From positions 5,763-69,762 of the forward strand of contig CALESJ010000035.1 of NCBI GenBank assembly GCA_937907025.1: a stretch of DNA of 64,000 bases. The letters run 5' to 3'. This document shows, piece after piece, positions 16,646 through 25,011 of the stretch (positions within the stretch are counted from its first letter, which is position 1; each line of letters starts with the position of its first letter). Origin of the DNA: an uncultured Faecalibacterium sp. Its GTDB lineage: Bacteria; Bacillota; Clostridia; Oscillospirales; Ruminococcaceae. Under the pieces are notes generated by a model. It was given only the letters and a program-made list of their open reading frames with translations. It had not been told where the DNA came from and searched no databases. A program made the translations under genes and the position numbers.

Positions 16646-16661
16646 AAGTTTGATGATTTTT
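16646..16661. repeat. Right copy of the 16-bp direct repeat AAGTTTGATGATTTTT (candidate attR)
   Basis: Identical to 9012-9027. It is followed immediately by the tRNA operon promoter. Confidence 0.8.
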
Positions 16662-16672
16662 ACAGCAGGGGC

Positions 16673-16701
16673 TTGACTTTTCAGGCTGCGTATGGTATAT
16701 T
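16673..16701 (+). promoter_or_regulatory. Promoter of the tRNA-Arg/tRNA-His operon
   Basis: TTGACT, a 17-nt spacer, then TATATT with an upstream TGG (extended -10). Confidence 0.6.
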
Positions 16702-16748
16702 AACAAACGCAGCTTGTTCCCGATATATAAGGGGGTCAAGAACCATGC

Positions 16749-16822
<74 letters not shown>

Positions 16823-16829
16823 TATGTAT

Positions 16830-16907
16830 GGTGCCTATGGCGCAGTTGGTTAGCGCGCCAGATTGTGGCTCTGGAGGCCGAGGGTTCGAATCCCTCTAGG
16901 CACCCCA
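16830..16907 (+). tRNA. tRNA-His (anticodon GTG), with G-1 and an encoded CCA
   Basis: An extra 5' G is present. Acceptor GTGCCTA/TAGGCAC, anticodon loop TTGTGGC, T-loop TTCGAAT, then C and CCA. Confidence 0.85.
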
Positions 16908-16982
16908 CCAAAGACCGCACAGTCCTTAAAAAGCTGCGCGGTCTTTTTTCTTAGCTTTTTGGCGGTCCAGGCCGCCTTTTGC

Positions 16983-17057
16983 TGGGCCGTAGCCAAGTGG
17001 TAAGGCAGCGGACTTTGACTCCGCCATTCGTGAGTTCGAACCTCGCCGGCCCAACCA
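16983..17057 (+). tRNA. tRNA-Gln (anticodon TTG), CCA encoded
   Basis: Acceptor TGGGCCG/CGGCCCA, anticodon stem GCGGA/TCCGC, loop CTTTGAC, T-loop TTCGAAC. Confidence 0.85.
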
Positions 17058-17058
17058 A

Positions 17059-17095
17059 ATACGCCCCGTCGAATCCCGGCGGGGCGTATTTTTGT
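17059..17095 (+). terminator. Intrinsic terminator after tRNA-Gln
   Basis: ATACGCCCCG pairs with CGGGGCGTAT, followed by TTTTTG. Confidence 0.7.
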
Positions 17096-17181
17096 TTATG
17101 TGGACGTTTACCGGCCCCGGTACCGGGGCATACTTCTCTTGCAGGACGGCTCCGAGCCGCCCGAAAGGGAGGTGAATCCGA

Positions 17182-17337
17182 ATGGAAAACTGCGGCGTTT
17201 TTTGTGACGTGGACGCCTGCGCCCACAACATCAACTGCCAGAAATGTGATCTGAGCCAGATCAAGATCACCCACCACACCGATAACGCATCCGGCGTGGA
17301 TACCCCGCACTTCTGCCAGAACTACGAACAGAAGTGA
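17182..17337 (+). CDS. DUF1540-type small Cys/His-rich protein (51 aa)
   Basis: Below the track cutoff. AAGGGAGGTGA SD. The sequence is MENCGVFCDVDACAHNINCQKCDLSQIKITHHTDNASGVDTPHFCQNYEQK. Confidence 0.7.
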   Translation: MENCGVFCDVDACAHNINCQKCDLSQIKITHHTDNASGVDTPHFCQNYEQK

Positions 17338-17355
17338 CACTGTCCCGGACAGTGC

Positions 17356-17405
17356 AAAACGGCCCCTTTGCGAAAGAAGCCTTCGCAGAGGGGCCGTTTT
17401 TTTGG
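17356..17405. terminator. Bidirectional intrinsic terminator
   Basis: AAAACGGCCCCTTTGCGAA pairs with TTCGCAGAGGGGCCGTTTTTTT. Confidence 0.7.
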
Positions 17406-17409
17406 TTTA

Positions 17410-18708
17410 TCAGCCGGTGTGCACGAACTTGGGATAAATGCGCTCCATGCGCTCATTGTCAAAGTGTTCGTCCAGATACACGGCAATCTGGTTGTCGGCA
17501 GGTTTGCCCTCAATGCGGGCGGTGTAGCGGGACAGGGCCGCCGAACTCACGGCCATGTTGACGCACATGAACACCACCAGGCACCAAGTCAGCACGGTGC
17601 CGAACCGGCGGGGCAGCTTTTCGATACCGGCGGACAGCGGGGGATAGAAGACCTTGAACCAGGCTACCGCCGCAAAGCCCCAGAAGAAGCAGTACAGCAG
17701 GTTGATACGGCCGCCCAGGTTGAAGGGAATCTTGCTGTAATCCCAGAACACGGCGCCGAAAACGATCTCGGTAAAGACGCTGCACAGATACTCGTACACG
17801 CCGCCCAGCAGGGTACCGGCCACAAACAGCCAGCTGGCGCTCTTGTCCTTGTACCGGTAGAGCAGCAGGGTCACCAGGGCGATGGCCAGGCCCCACACGA
17901 TGGAGAAGGGCCCCCACACCAGGCTGGACCGGCTCATCCATTCCCCGGCGGTGATGCGGCAGAAGATGGTTTCGGCCACATCGCCCAGGAATGCGCCGAT
18001 GACGAACAGCAAAAACAGCTTGTAGAAGCTGCATCCTTCGGCAAAGACGGTGCTCTTTTCCCGCTTGGGGCGCTCAAAGTTGGCCTGGGGATAGGCCTTG
18101 GTCATGCGGCGCTCGGTACGGCCCAGCACCCACATGCCCATGTTCAGGGTCAGCGCGGCCAGACGGTTGTGGACTTCCCGGGCCTGGGCAAACCGGTGGC
18201 GGATGCCCGCCAGGGTCAGCACCGTGCCGATGCTGTCCAGCGCCAGCAGGGCCAGCAGCACCCAGATCAGAATCTGCCCGGCCAGAGCAGGCAGCAGGGC
18301 AAAGAGGTTCAGCAGCAGGGGCGCCACCCATTTGACGGCCACCACGCCCAGAACGCCCCAGAACACAGACGCCGACAGGCAGATGTACCCGTCCAGATTG
18401 AATTTGCGGTTGGAGTAGTCCCACCAGCGGGTGTCACTGAACCGTTCCAGGATGTGCCCGCCGATCCATTCCACCGCCGTGGCAATGACGGCACTGAACA
18501 GGAACAGGAAGAACCAGTCGGTCATGGCCAGCTCCCGCAGGCCCACGGTGATGATGCTGCCTGCCACGCCGTAGATCAGGCACAGGGGACCGCCCAGCAC
18601 GCCGCGGTCCTGATAGCGGTGCTGCCGGATGGCGGTGAACAGGACTTCGGCCAGCCAGCCGATGAAGGAATAACAGAAGAACAGCCAGACTAAACTAAAA
18701 AATGTCAT
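17410..18708 (-). CDS. Duplicated DUF1113 (putative ABC-transporter type IV, CmpB-like) membrane protein
   Basis: 432 aa. Two repeats each carry an FxxYSFIGW-like N-terminal motif and a WDYS..N..G motif (WWDYSNRKFNLDG and FWDYSKIPFNLGG). Confidence 0.75.
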   Translation of the reverse strand: MTFFSLVWLFFCYSFIGWLAEVLFTAIRQHRYQDRGVLGGPLCLIYGVAGSIITVGLRELAMTDWFFLFLFSAVIATAVEWIGGHILERFSDTRWWDYSNRKFNLDGYICLSASVFWGVLGVVAVKWVAPLLLNLFALLPALAGQILIWVLLALLALDSIGTVLTLAGIRHRFAQAREVHNRLAALTLNMGMWVLGRTERRMTKAYPQANFERPKREKSTVFAEGCSFYKLFLLFVIGAFLGDVAETIFCRITAGEWMSRSSLVWGPFSIVWGLAIALVTLLLYRYKDKSASWLFVAGTLLGGVYEYLCSVFTEIVFGAVFWDYSKIPFNLGGRINLLYCFFWGFAAVAWFKVFYPPLSAGIEKLPRRFGTVLTWCLVVFMCVNMAVSSAALSRYTARIEGKPADNQIAVYLDEHFDNERMERIYPKFVHTG

Positions 18709-18751
18709 ACAAAAGACCTCTCGGTATCAAAAGGGAGGGGCGGACGGACGC

Positions 18752-19750
18752 TCATTCGTCGGGCTCGCAGCGCAGGCGCTGTCCGGCGGTGTCGTCGCTG
18801 ACATAATGGGTGCTGCGGGAAACCTGGTTGTCCAGCGTTTCGCCGTTGAGGTAGTGGCGCAGATTGCGGGCAAAGATGTCCACAATGTTGTCCAGCGTGC
18901 GGGGCAGGCTGAACCTGCCGGAAATATGAGGTGTGATGAACGCGTTGGGCAGCTTCCACAGCGGATGGTCGGCGGGCAGGGGCTCCGGGTCGGTCACGTC
19001 CAGGGCGGCACCGAACAGATGTCCGCTGCGCAGGGCTTCGGTCAGGGCGTCGGTGTCCACCGCCGTGCCCCGGCCTACATTCATCAGGATGGCACCCGGC
19101 TTCATCCGGGCGATGCGGGCCGCATCGAACATATGGGCGGTTTCGTCGGTACCGGGCAGGCTCAGGGCCACCAGGTCGGCCTGGGGCAGTTCAGCGTCCA
19201 GGTCTTTCTGCCCCACCACCCGCACACAGTAGGACGGGCAGGTGTCGGGGGCGTGGCGGCGTACCCCCACCACCTGGGCACCCATGGCATGGGCCCGGCG
19301 GGCAAAGCTGGAACCGATGTCCCCCAATCCTACGCACAGCACCCGCGCCCCGGCCACGCTGCGCACCGGGCGCTCGATGGCGTTCCACTCACAGCGGTTC
19401 TGCCGGTCCCGGTACAGGAACAGGTCCTTGCACAGACCCAGCCACATGCCCAGCATCCATTCGCTGATGGCCAGCCCGTAGGCACCGGTGGCATTGGTCA
19501 CGGCGCAGTTCTCAGGCAAAACACCCGGCACCAGATAGGGGTCCGGCCCGGCAAAGTTGCTCTGGAACCATTCCAGATGGTCGTTTTTGCGGATGCTCGC
19601 CACCGGCACGTTGCCCATGATCACATCCGCCCACAGGATGTCGGCTTCCTCCGGTTGGGCGCTGAATTTCAGCTCTGCCTCCGGGGCCGCATGGCGCAGC
19701 CGGTTCTGCTGCTCCTCGTTCAGCGGCAGGGCTACCAGGATTCGCTTCAT
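18752..19750 (-). CDS. D-isomer-specific 2-hydroxyacid dehydrogenase family protein
   Basis: ATG at 19750 (MKRILVALP) with GGAGG SD. It forms an ATGA overlap with the queH stop. The NAD fold is GLGDIGSSFARRA. Confidence 0.85.
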   Translation of the reverse strand: MKRILVALPLNEEQQNRLRHAAPEAELKFSAQPEEADILWADVIMGNVPVASIRKNDHLEWFQSNFAGPDPYLVPGVLPENCAVTNATGAYGLAISEWMLGMWLGLCKDLFLYRDRQNRCEWNAIERPVRSVAGARVLCVGLGDIGSSFARRAHAMGAQVVGVRRHAPDTCPSYCVRVVGQKDLDAELPQADLVALSLPGTDETAHMFDAARIARMKPGAILMNVGRGTAVDTDALTEALRSGHLFGAALDVTDPEPLPADHPLWKLPNAFITPHISGRFSLPRTLDNIVDIFARNLRHYLNGETLDNQVSRSTHYVSDDTAGQRLRCEPDE

Positions 19751-20409
19751 TGTTCTGCCTCCTTCTGGGCGCGGGCCGCCGCCTGGCGTTCCCGCTCTTC
19801 CTTGCTGAAAATGCACCCGCAGTATTCCTGCCGGTACAATCCGTATTCGGCACTCAGGGTCAGGCTGCGCTTGTAGCCGTCCTTCTTGCGGAACTCACTC
19901 TGTAAGTACCGCACCCCGTACCGGTCTGCCAGCTCGGTGCCGATGGTGTTCAGCCGCACCGGGTCCTTCATGGGGGAGATGGACAGGGTGGTGGTGAACC
20001 ATTCAAAGTTGTGTTCGGCGGCATAGCGGGCGGCCTGCTCCAGCCGCAGCCGGTAACACACGGTGCAGCGCTCGCCTTTTTCCGGCTCCTGCTCCAGCCC
20101 GCGCACGGCGGTGTAAAATTCCTGGGGGTCATAGGGCAGGCGCACCACCGTGATTCCCCGCCCGGCATATCCGGCGTCCTGCACAAAGCGGTCCAGCTCG
20201 TCTGCCCGGCGGTGGTACTCCTCCGGCGGGGCAATGTTGGGGTTGTAATACAGGATGGTCACCTGAAATGCGTCGGCCAGTCGCTCCAGCGTGGCGCTGG
20301 AACAGGGCGCACAGCAGGCGTGCAGCAGCAGGGTGGGGCGGCGGCCTTCGGCGGCCAGGGCCTGCATGGTTTTCTCCATTTCCAGCTCGTAATTGATTCG
20401 GTTGGGCAT
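19747..20409 (-). CDS. queH: Epoxyqueuosine reductase QueH (DUF208)
   Basis: 220 aa. The motifs LLHACCAPCS, CxxC (CTVCYRLR) and YCGCIF are typical of QueH. Confidence 0.85.
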   Translation of the reverse strand: MPNRINYELEMEKTMQALAAEGRRPTLLLHACCAPCSSATLERLADAFQVTILYYNPNIAPPEEYHRRADELDRFVQDAGYAGRGITVVRLPYDPQEFYTAVRGLEQEPEKGERCTVCYRLRLEQAARYAAEHNFEWFTTTLSISPMKDPVRLNTIGTELADRYGVRYLQSEFRKKDGYKRSLTLSAEYGLYRQEYCGCIFSKEERERQAAARAQKEAEQ

Positions 20410-20619
20410 AATACGTCACTTCTTTATGATTTATTCATAGAGTTTTAGAAGTTCTTTCGTAATTTCTTGAAAGAACTGTCACTTTTTTGTCACATCTATC
20501 CGGTATTCTTTAAGTGTTCCCAAAAGGAACATCCGGGAACAGGGACCCGGATTCAAAGTCCGCTGAGAAGCAGACAAACTTTTTCATCCACTCCTCTTTC
20601 TCTTTTCTTCTTTTCGGGA

Positions 20620-20659
20620 ACGGCGTGTCGGAACAGGGACCGGCACGCCGTTTGTTTTT
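20620..20659 (+). terminator. Plus-strand intrinsic terminator with no plus-strand gene upstream
   Basis: ACGGCGTGTCGG-AACAGGGA-CCGGCACGCCGT followed by TTGTTTTT. Confidence 0.55.
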
Positions 20660-20667
20660 GTGTATGC

Positions 20668-20695
20668 AAAAGGCCCCCGGCAGATGCCGGGGGCC
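20668..20695 (-). terminator. Minus-strand intrinsic terminator about 85 nt downstream of an orphan promoter
   Basis: GGCCCCCGGC-ATCT-GCCGGGGGCC followed by UUUUGC on the minus strand. Confidence 0.55.
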
Positions 20696-20784
20696 TGCGT
20701 GTTTGTATTGAGCGGGCCGGAGATGTCCGCTGCGAAAAGCCGCCCCGGTCCTGCCTTTTAATTATAAAGGTGGATGTTAGTTGC

Positions 20785-20813
20785 ATTGTACCGTGTCCGG
20801 CAACCCTTGTCAA
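20785..20813 (-). promoter_or_regulatory. Near-consensus orphan promoter (minus strand)
   Basis: On the minus strand: TTGACA, a 17-nt spacer, then TACAAT. Confidence 0.55.
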
Positions 20814-20867
20814 GACGTGGGGCAACATGTCGGAATATCCCGGGGCAGGGCGGCCGCTTTCCGGGGT

Positions 20868-22238
20868 TCAGCGGCCGAGTTTTTGTGCGGGCTCAAAGCT
20901 GCGCAGGAATCTGCGGTAGAGGAGCAGGGCAATGACCAGGGTCACTGCGTCGGAGATGACCTGGGTCCAGGCAAGCCCGGACAAGCCCACCACCGCATTC
21001 ATGAGGAAGAGCAGGGGAATCTGTACGATGCCCGTGCGGCAGCAGGCCACCACCAGGGACTGCGGCCCTTTGCCCACAGCCTGGAACATGAAGCTGATGT
21101 GGAAGTTGCAGATCATCAAAGGTGTGGCCAGACAGTTGATCCGCAGAAAGACCATGCCCATGGCAATGGTGTCCGGGTCGTCGATAAAGACCTGGATGGA
21201 GGTCCGGGCAAACAACTCAAACACAATGACGCAGAGCACCGCAAATCCCATGCCGCTGAGGCTGGCCTTCCGGACGGTTTCTTTCATTCGCCGGAAGTTC
21301 TTGGCGGCATAATTGTAAGCCACCAGCGGCAGCATGCCCTGGCACAGGCCCATGCCCACGTTCATGGGCAGCATCTCGATTTTTTTCACGATGCCCAGCG
21401 CTGCCACGGGAATATCCCCGTAACCGGACGCCAGCTTGTTGATGACCATGTTGGACACACAGGAAAGCAGATTCCCGATGGCGGATGGAAAGCCAACCGC
21501 AAAAATCGTACCGGCATACCGGGCCCCGGACAGAATCCGGCCGGGGGCCACCGAGAGCACGGTGCTGTTGCGGAGCCGGAAGAAAACGACGGCAAAGTAA
21601 CACAGGGCGGCCACGTTGGAGAGCATGGTGGCAATGGCTGCGCCGGTGACTTCCTGCCCGGCCGGCAAAAGCACAAACATGAACAGCGGGTCCAGCGCAA
21701 TGTTGAGGATACCGCCCATGCCCAGGCCGAAGCTGGCCTGGCTGGCATAGCCCTCACTGCGCAGCAGGTGGGACATGGTCAGGCTCAGCATGGCGGGCAG
21801 CCCGCCGATGACCACCACCCAGAAGGTATACCCGGCGGCATAATCCATCGTGTAGGGGCTGGCACCCAGCAGGTTCAGCAGCGGTTCCATAAAAAGCAGG
21901 CAGAACACCGAGTACAGCAGCGCCACGAAAATCGAGCCGTAAAAACTGAAGGAACAGACCTTTTTGGCCTCCTCCGGCTTGCCGTCCCCCAGCAGGCGGG
22001 AGATCAGGCTGCCGCCGCCGATGCCGAACAGGTTGGAAAGAGCGTTCAGGATAAAGAACAGGGTATAGGCCAGGGTGGCTGCGGCCACTTTGTACGGGTC
22101 TTTGGTGCTGCCGATGAAAAAGGTGTCGGCCAGGTTGTAGACCATGGTGATGAGCTGGCTGATGATGGTGGGCACCGCCAGTCTGGCCAGCGCCCGGGAT
22201 ACCGGCATGGTTTCGAACAGGTCCTTGTTGTTATCCAT
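20868..22238 (-). CDS. MATE family efflux transporter
   Basis: 456 aa with 12 predicted TM helices. The N-terminus VPTIISQLITMVYNLADTFFIG is typical of MATE. Confidence 0.9.
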   Translation of the reverse strand: MDNNKDLFETMPVSRALARLAVPTIISQLITMVYNLADTFFIGSTKDPYKVAAATLAYTLFFILNALSNLFGIGGGSLISRLLGDGKPEEAKKVCSFSFYGSIFVALLYSVFCLLFMEPLLNLLGASPYTMDYAAGYTFWVVVIGGLPAMLSLTMSHLLRSEGYASQASFGLGMGGILNIALDPLFMFVLLPAGQEVTGAAIATMLSNVAALCYFAVVFFRLRNSTVLSVAPGRILSGARYAGTIFAVGFPSAIGNLLSCVSNMVINKLASGYGDIPVAALGIVKKIEMLPMNVGMGLCQGMLPLVAYNYAAKNFRRMKETVRKASLSGMGFAVLCVIVFELFARTSIQVFIDDPDTIAMGMVFLRINCLATPLMICNFHISFMFQAVGKGPQSLVVACCRTGIVQIPLLFLMNAVVGLSGLAWTQVISDAVTLVIALLLYRRFLRSFEPAQKLGR

Positions 22239-22695
22239 GGATGGAATTCGCCTCCCCGGTGCGTTCGGCGTTCATGTTTTCCAGGGCCAGCTGGAGCAGG
22301 TCGTAAAATTCGGCCTGCTGTGCCTCGGACATACCCCGCAGCAGAATCTCTTCCGTTTTGCAGGCAATGCCCTGTAAAGAGTCTTCCAGCGCCAGGCCTT
22401 TCTCTGTCAGGACAATGAATTCCCGGCGGGCGTCGTGCCGGTCTGCCCGGCGCTCGATCAGCCCCTTGGCGTGGAGCCGCTTCAAAATGCCTGCAATGGT
22501 GGACTGGGAAAGTTCCAGCCGGCTCATGAGCAGGCCGGCGGTGATCTCCTGCTCCCGGTGGGTCAGCAGATAGCGGATAACTTCAAACTGGCTGGAAGTC
22601 AGGTCGTGCCGCTGCAGTTCCTGGTTGCGGAACCAGATCAGAGCGTTGCTCAGCCGGATCATCAGCCCGCTGGTTTTGTATCGGGTTTCATTCAT
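22231..22695 (-). CDS. MarR family transcriptional regulator
   Basis: ATG at 22695 (MNETRY) with AGGAGG 7 nt upstream. Winged-HTH region. It overlaps the MATE start by 8 nt. Confidence 0.85.
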   Translation of the reverse strand: MNETRYKTSGLMIRLSNALIWFRNQELQRHDLTSSQFEVIRYLLTHREQEITAGLLMSRLELSQSTIAGILKRLHAKGLIERRADRHDARREFIVLTEKGLALEDSLQGIACKTEEILLRGMSEAQQAEFYDLLQLALENMNAERTGEANSIHG

Positions 22696-22885
22696 AAGGC
22701 TGCCTCCTGAAATAAATTGCATGCGATGTATCTTATGCGATATATTATAGAACGAATCCGGGCAGGTTGCAACTCTGCCTGAAAATACCGGGGAAAGCGG
22801 CCGTACAATACAAAAAAGCCCCAGCCAATGCTCGGTGGTCGTAAAACAGTAGTATGTGAATTTCTTGGAACAGGCATGATTTCGG

Positions 22886-23476
22886 TCATGCCTGTTCCGC
22901 TTTTATCAGTTCATCCACGGGAATGTAGCCCACAAGGTCATATTCGATATGTACCCTCTGTTTGCGCTTGCCGCTGGACTTATCCGGTGCCTCCACATAA
23001 ACCGCCTTTACAAGCTCTCTGAGAGCATATGGCGTAAGTTCTGTGAGGTCGGTGTATCTGCGTGCCCGCTGAATAAACTGTTCAAGGTCTTCTATCTGTC
23101 GTTCCTGTACTTCAATTTCTTTTTGCAGATTTACGATTTCAACTTTGAGTTGCGCCTGCTCATCCTCGTAGGTCTTGCTCATCATGGCAAAGCGATCATC
23201 GTTCAGCTTGCCCTTGGCGTTGTCCTCGTAGATTTTGATAAACAGGCGGTCAAGTTCCCCTATACGCTTTTCTGCCTGTGCCAGACGCTTCTTATATACC
23301 CTTATGGTTTCCTCGCTTTGCAGACGGAGTTTTTGCTCCATTTCCACCCTGAAATGTGCTTCATATCGGGTCACATACGAGATAAGCGGTTCATCTATGA
23401 AACAGCAATCCCGTATTTTGAAAAGCGCGGTATTCCCACAAAGATCCTGCGCGGGCAAAAGACATATAGTCGTCAA
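22886..23476 (-). pseudogene. C-terminal fragment of a large serine recombinase (DUF4368-type domain)
   Basis: Coiled-coil region, then TPYALRELVKAVYVEAPDKSSGKRKQRVHIEYDLVGYI. No N-terminal resolvase catalytic domain is present. Confidence 0.65.
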
Positions 23477-24512
23477 TTCGGTATCCTATGCGGACGGAAA
23501 AATGTTCCGCAACAACTTTGACACCTACTACCACGGAATCCGACAGGTATCGGATGAACTTTGCAGAGAGAATCGGCTGTCCGTAATCGAAACGGACGGC
23601 AAGGGAAAATCTTATGACGAGTGGCTAAGCGGTCAGGCCGGCAAGCCTACCATTCGTGGTATGGTACGCAAAGATGTGGAACAGGCTATTGCTGCCGCCG
23701 ACAGCTTTGATGGCCTTATCACGGAATTGCAGAACATGGGCTACACGGTCAAATATGGCCCGCGTGTGGAACACATGGCTGTGCGCCATAAAGACGCCCA
23801 GCGAAATATCCGCATTGACCGGCTCGACCCGCGCTTTTCCGAGACAGCGCTGCGGGAGTATTACCGCCAACTGCACCGTATGCCCACCGAAATGCAGCAG
23901 GAATACCGGCAGGAAAACGCCCCGGAAAAACCGAAATGGCAGCCCACAGAATTACAGCCCCCTGTGCAGCGGGTGAGGTATCGCGGCAAGCTGCCGCGCC
24001 GGTATCCCAAGGTGTCCGGCTTTATGGCTTGCTACTATCACTACTGCGCCCTGCTGCGGAAAGTCTACCACGGCAAGAGCACAAAGCGCTGCTACTTTTT
24101 GCTGCGTGAGGATTTTCTGCTGTTCAGCCGATACCAGCAGCAAACGAAATTCCTATGGGAAAACCATATTGAAACTATGGATGAACTGCTGGCCTACAAG
24201 GAAAATGCAGAAGTCCAAATCCAACAGCTTGCCCGCCAGCGCAAAGTTCTGTATCGCCAAAAACGTGAGCCGGAACGTGCCGCGCGGGAAGAAAAAATCA
24301 AATCACTGACCCAGCAAATGAAAGCCCTGCGCCATAAGGTTTACATCTGTTTCGACATCGAAACAGATGCTGCCGAGGTGCAGGAAAAACTACGGCAAGC
24401 AGAACTTGCCGCACAGGAAGAACGAAATGAGGTGAAACAAGATGAACAACGGAGGCGAAGCAGCCGATCAGATGGTGCGGGAAGCCTTACAGGTTACCGA
24501 AGTAGCCATTAA
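23463..24512 (+). pseudogene. N-terminally truncated relaxase/mobilisation nuclease
   Basis: Homology begins at HIVVNSVSYADGK, the end of the relaxase His motif, within track ORF 23235..24512. The first 76 codons of that ORF are antisense to the recombinase fragment. Confidence 0.6.
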
Positions 24513-25011
24513 GCTGTCTGCGCTGGGTATCAAAAATGCACTGGCCTTATCGCTGGCCTACGCCAAGGAAAATCCTAAAGTGAAAGGCAAAACCAGCCTT
24601 GACCGTCTGCTGCGGGAGGGCAAGGAACTAAAAATTATTGCCCTGCAAAGCAAAGACGTGGGACAGTTTAAGGAATTGGCCAAGCAGTACGGCGTTTTAT
24701 TCGCGGTCATCAAGGATAAGGCACAGAACGAAAAAGTTGACGTCATGTTCAAAGCCGAAGATGTCGCCAAACTGAACCGCATCTATGAGCAGTTGGGATA
24801 TGCCATTCCCAAGGTCACTACGGTAGACAGAAAAAAAGACCCAACCCGCCGTCAATCCGGCGACAGCTTGCTGACGCGCGGGAAGAATCCTTTGGATATT
24901 GACCCACGCCCATCTGTGCGAGCCACAATTATGGCACTGAAAAATGCAGCGCAGAAGGCAGAACAGGCGCAGGAAAAAGTGCAGGATATTACTGCGAAGG
25001 AGGAGCGATAA
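24442..25011 (+). CDS. PcfB/DUF3801-family conjugative element protein
   Basis: 189 aa. The region KGKTSLDRLLREGKELKIIALQSKDVGQFKELAKQYGVLFAV is typical of PcfB. Confidence 0.65.
   Translation: MNNGGEAADQMVREALQVTEVAIKLSALGIKNALALSLAYAKENPKVKGKTSLDRLLREGKELKIIALQSKDVGQFKELAKQYGVLFAVIKDKAQNEKVDVMFKAEDVAKLNRIYEQLGYAIPKVTTVDRKKDPTRRQSGDSLLTRGKNPLDIDPRPSVRATIMALKNAAQKAEQAQEKVQDITAKEER

Larger units (their letters stand above)
9012..16661 (-). mobile_element. Integrated inovirus-like (filamentous phage) element plus an IS30-family transposase
   Basis: Bounded by the 16-bp direct repeat. Composition is AT-rich (21/60 G+C at 13261-13320 versus 35/60 at 3001-3060). Gene order is Rep, small ORF, coat, pIII-like, small membrane ORFs, then Zot-like ATPase. 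Confidence 0.7.

Noticed and set aside
16926-17340. Minus-strand ORFs of 117 and 129 aa.
   Set aside because: They overlap tRNA-Gln and its terminator and are antisense to the DUF1540 ORF.
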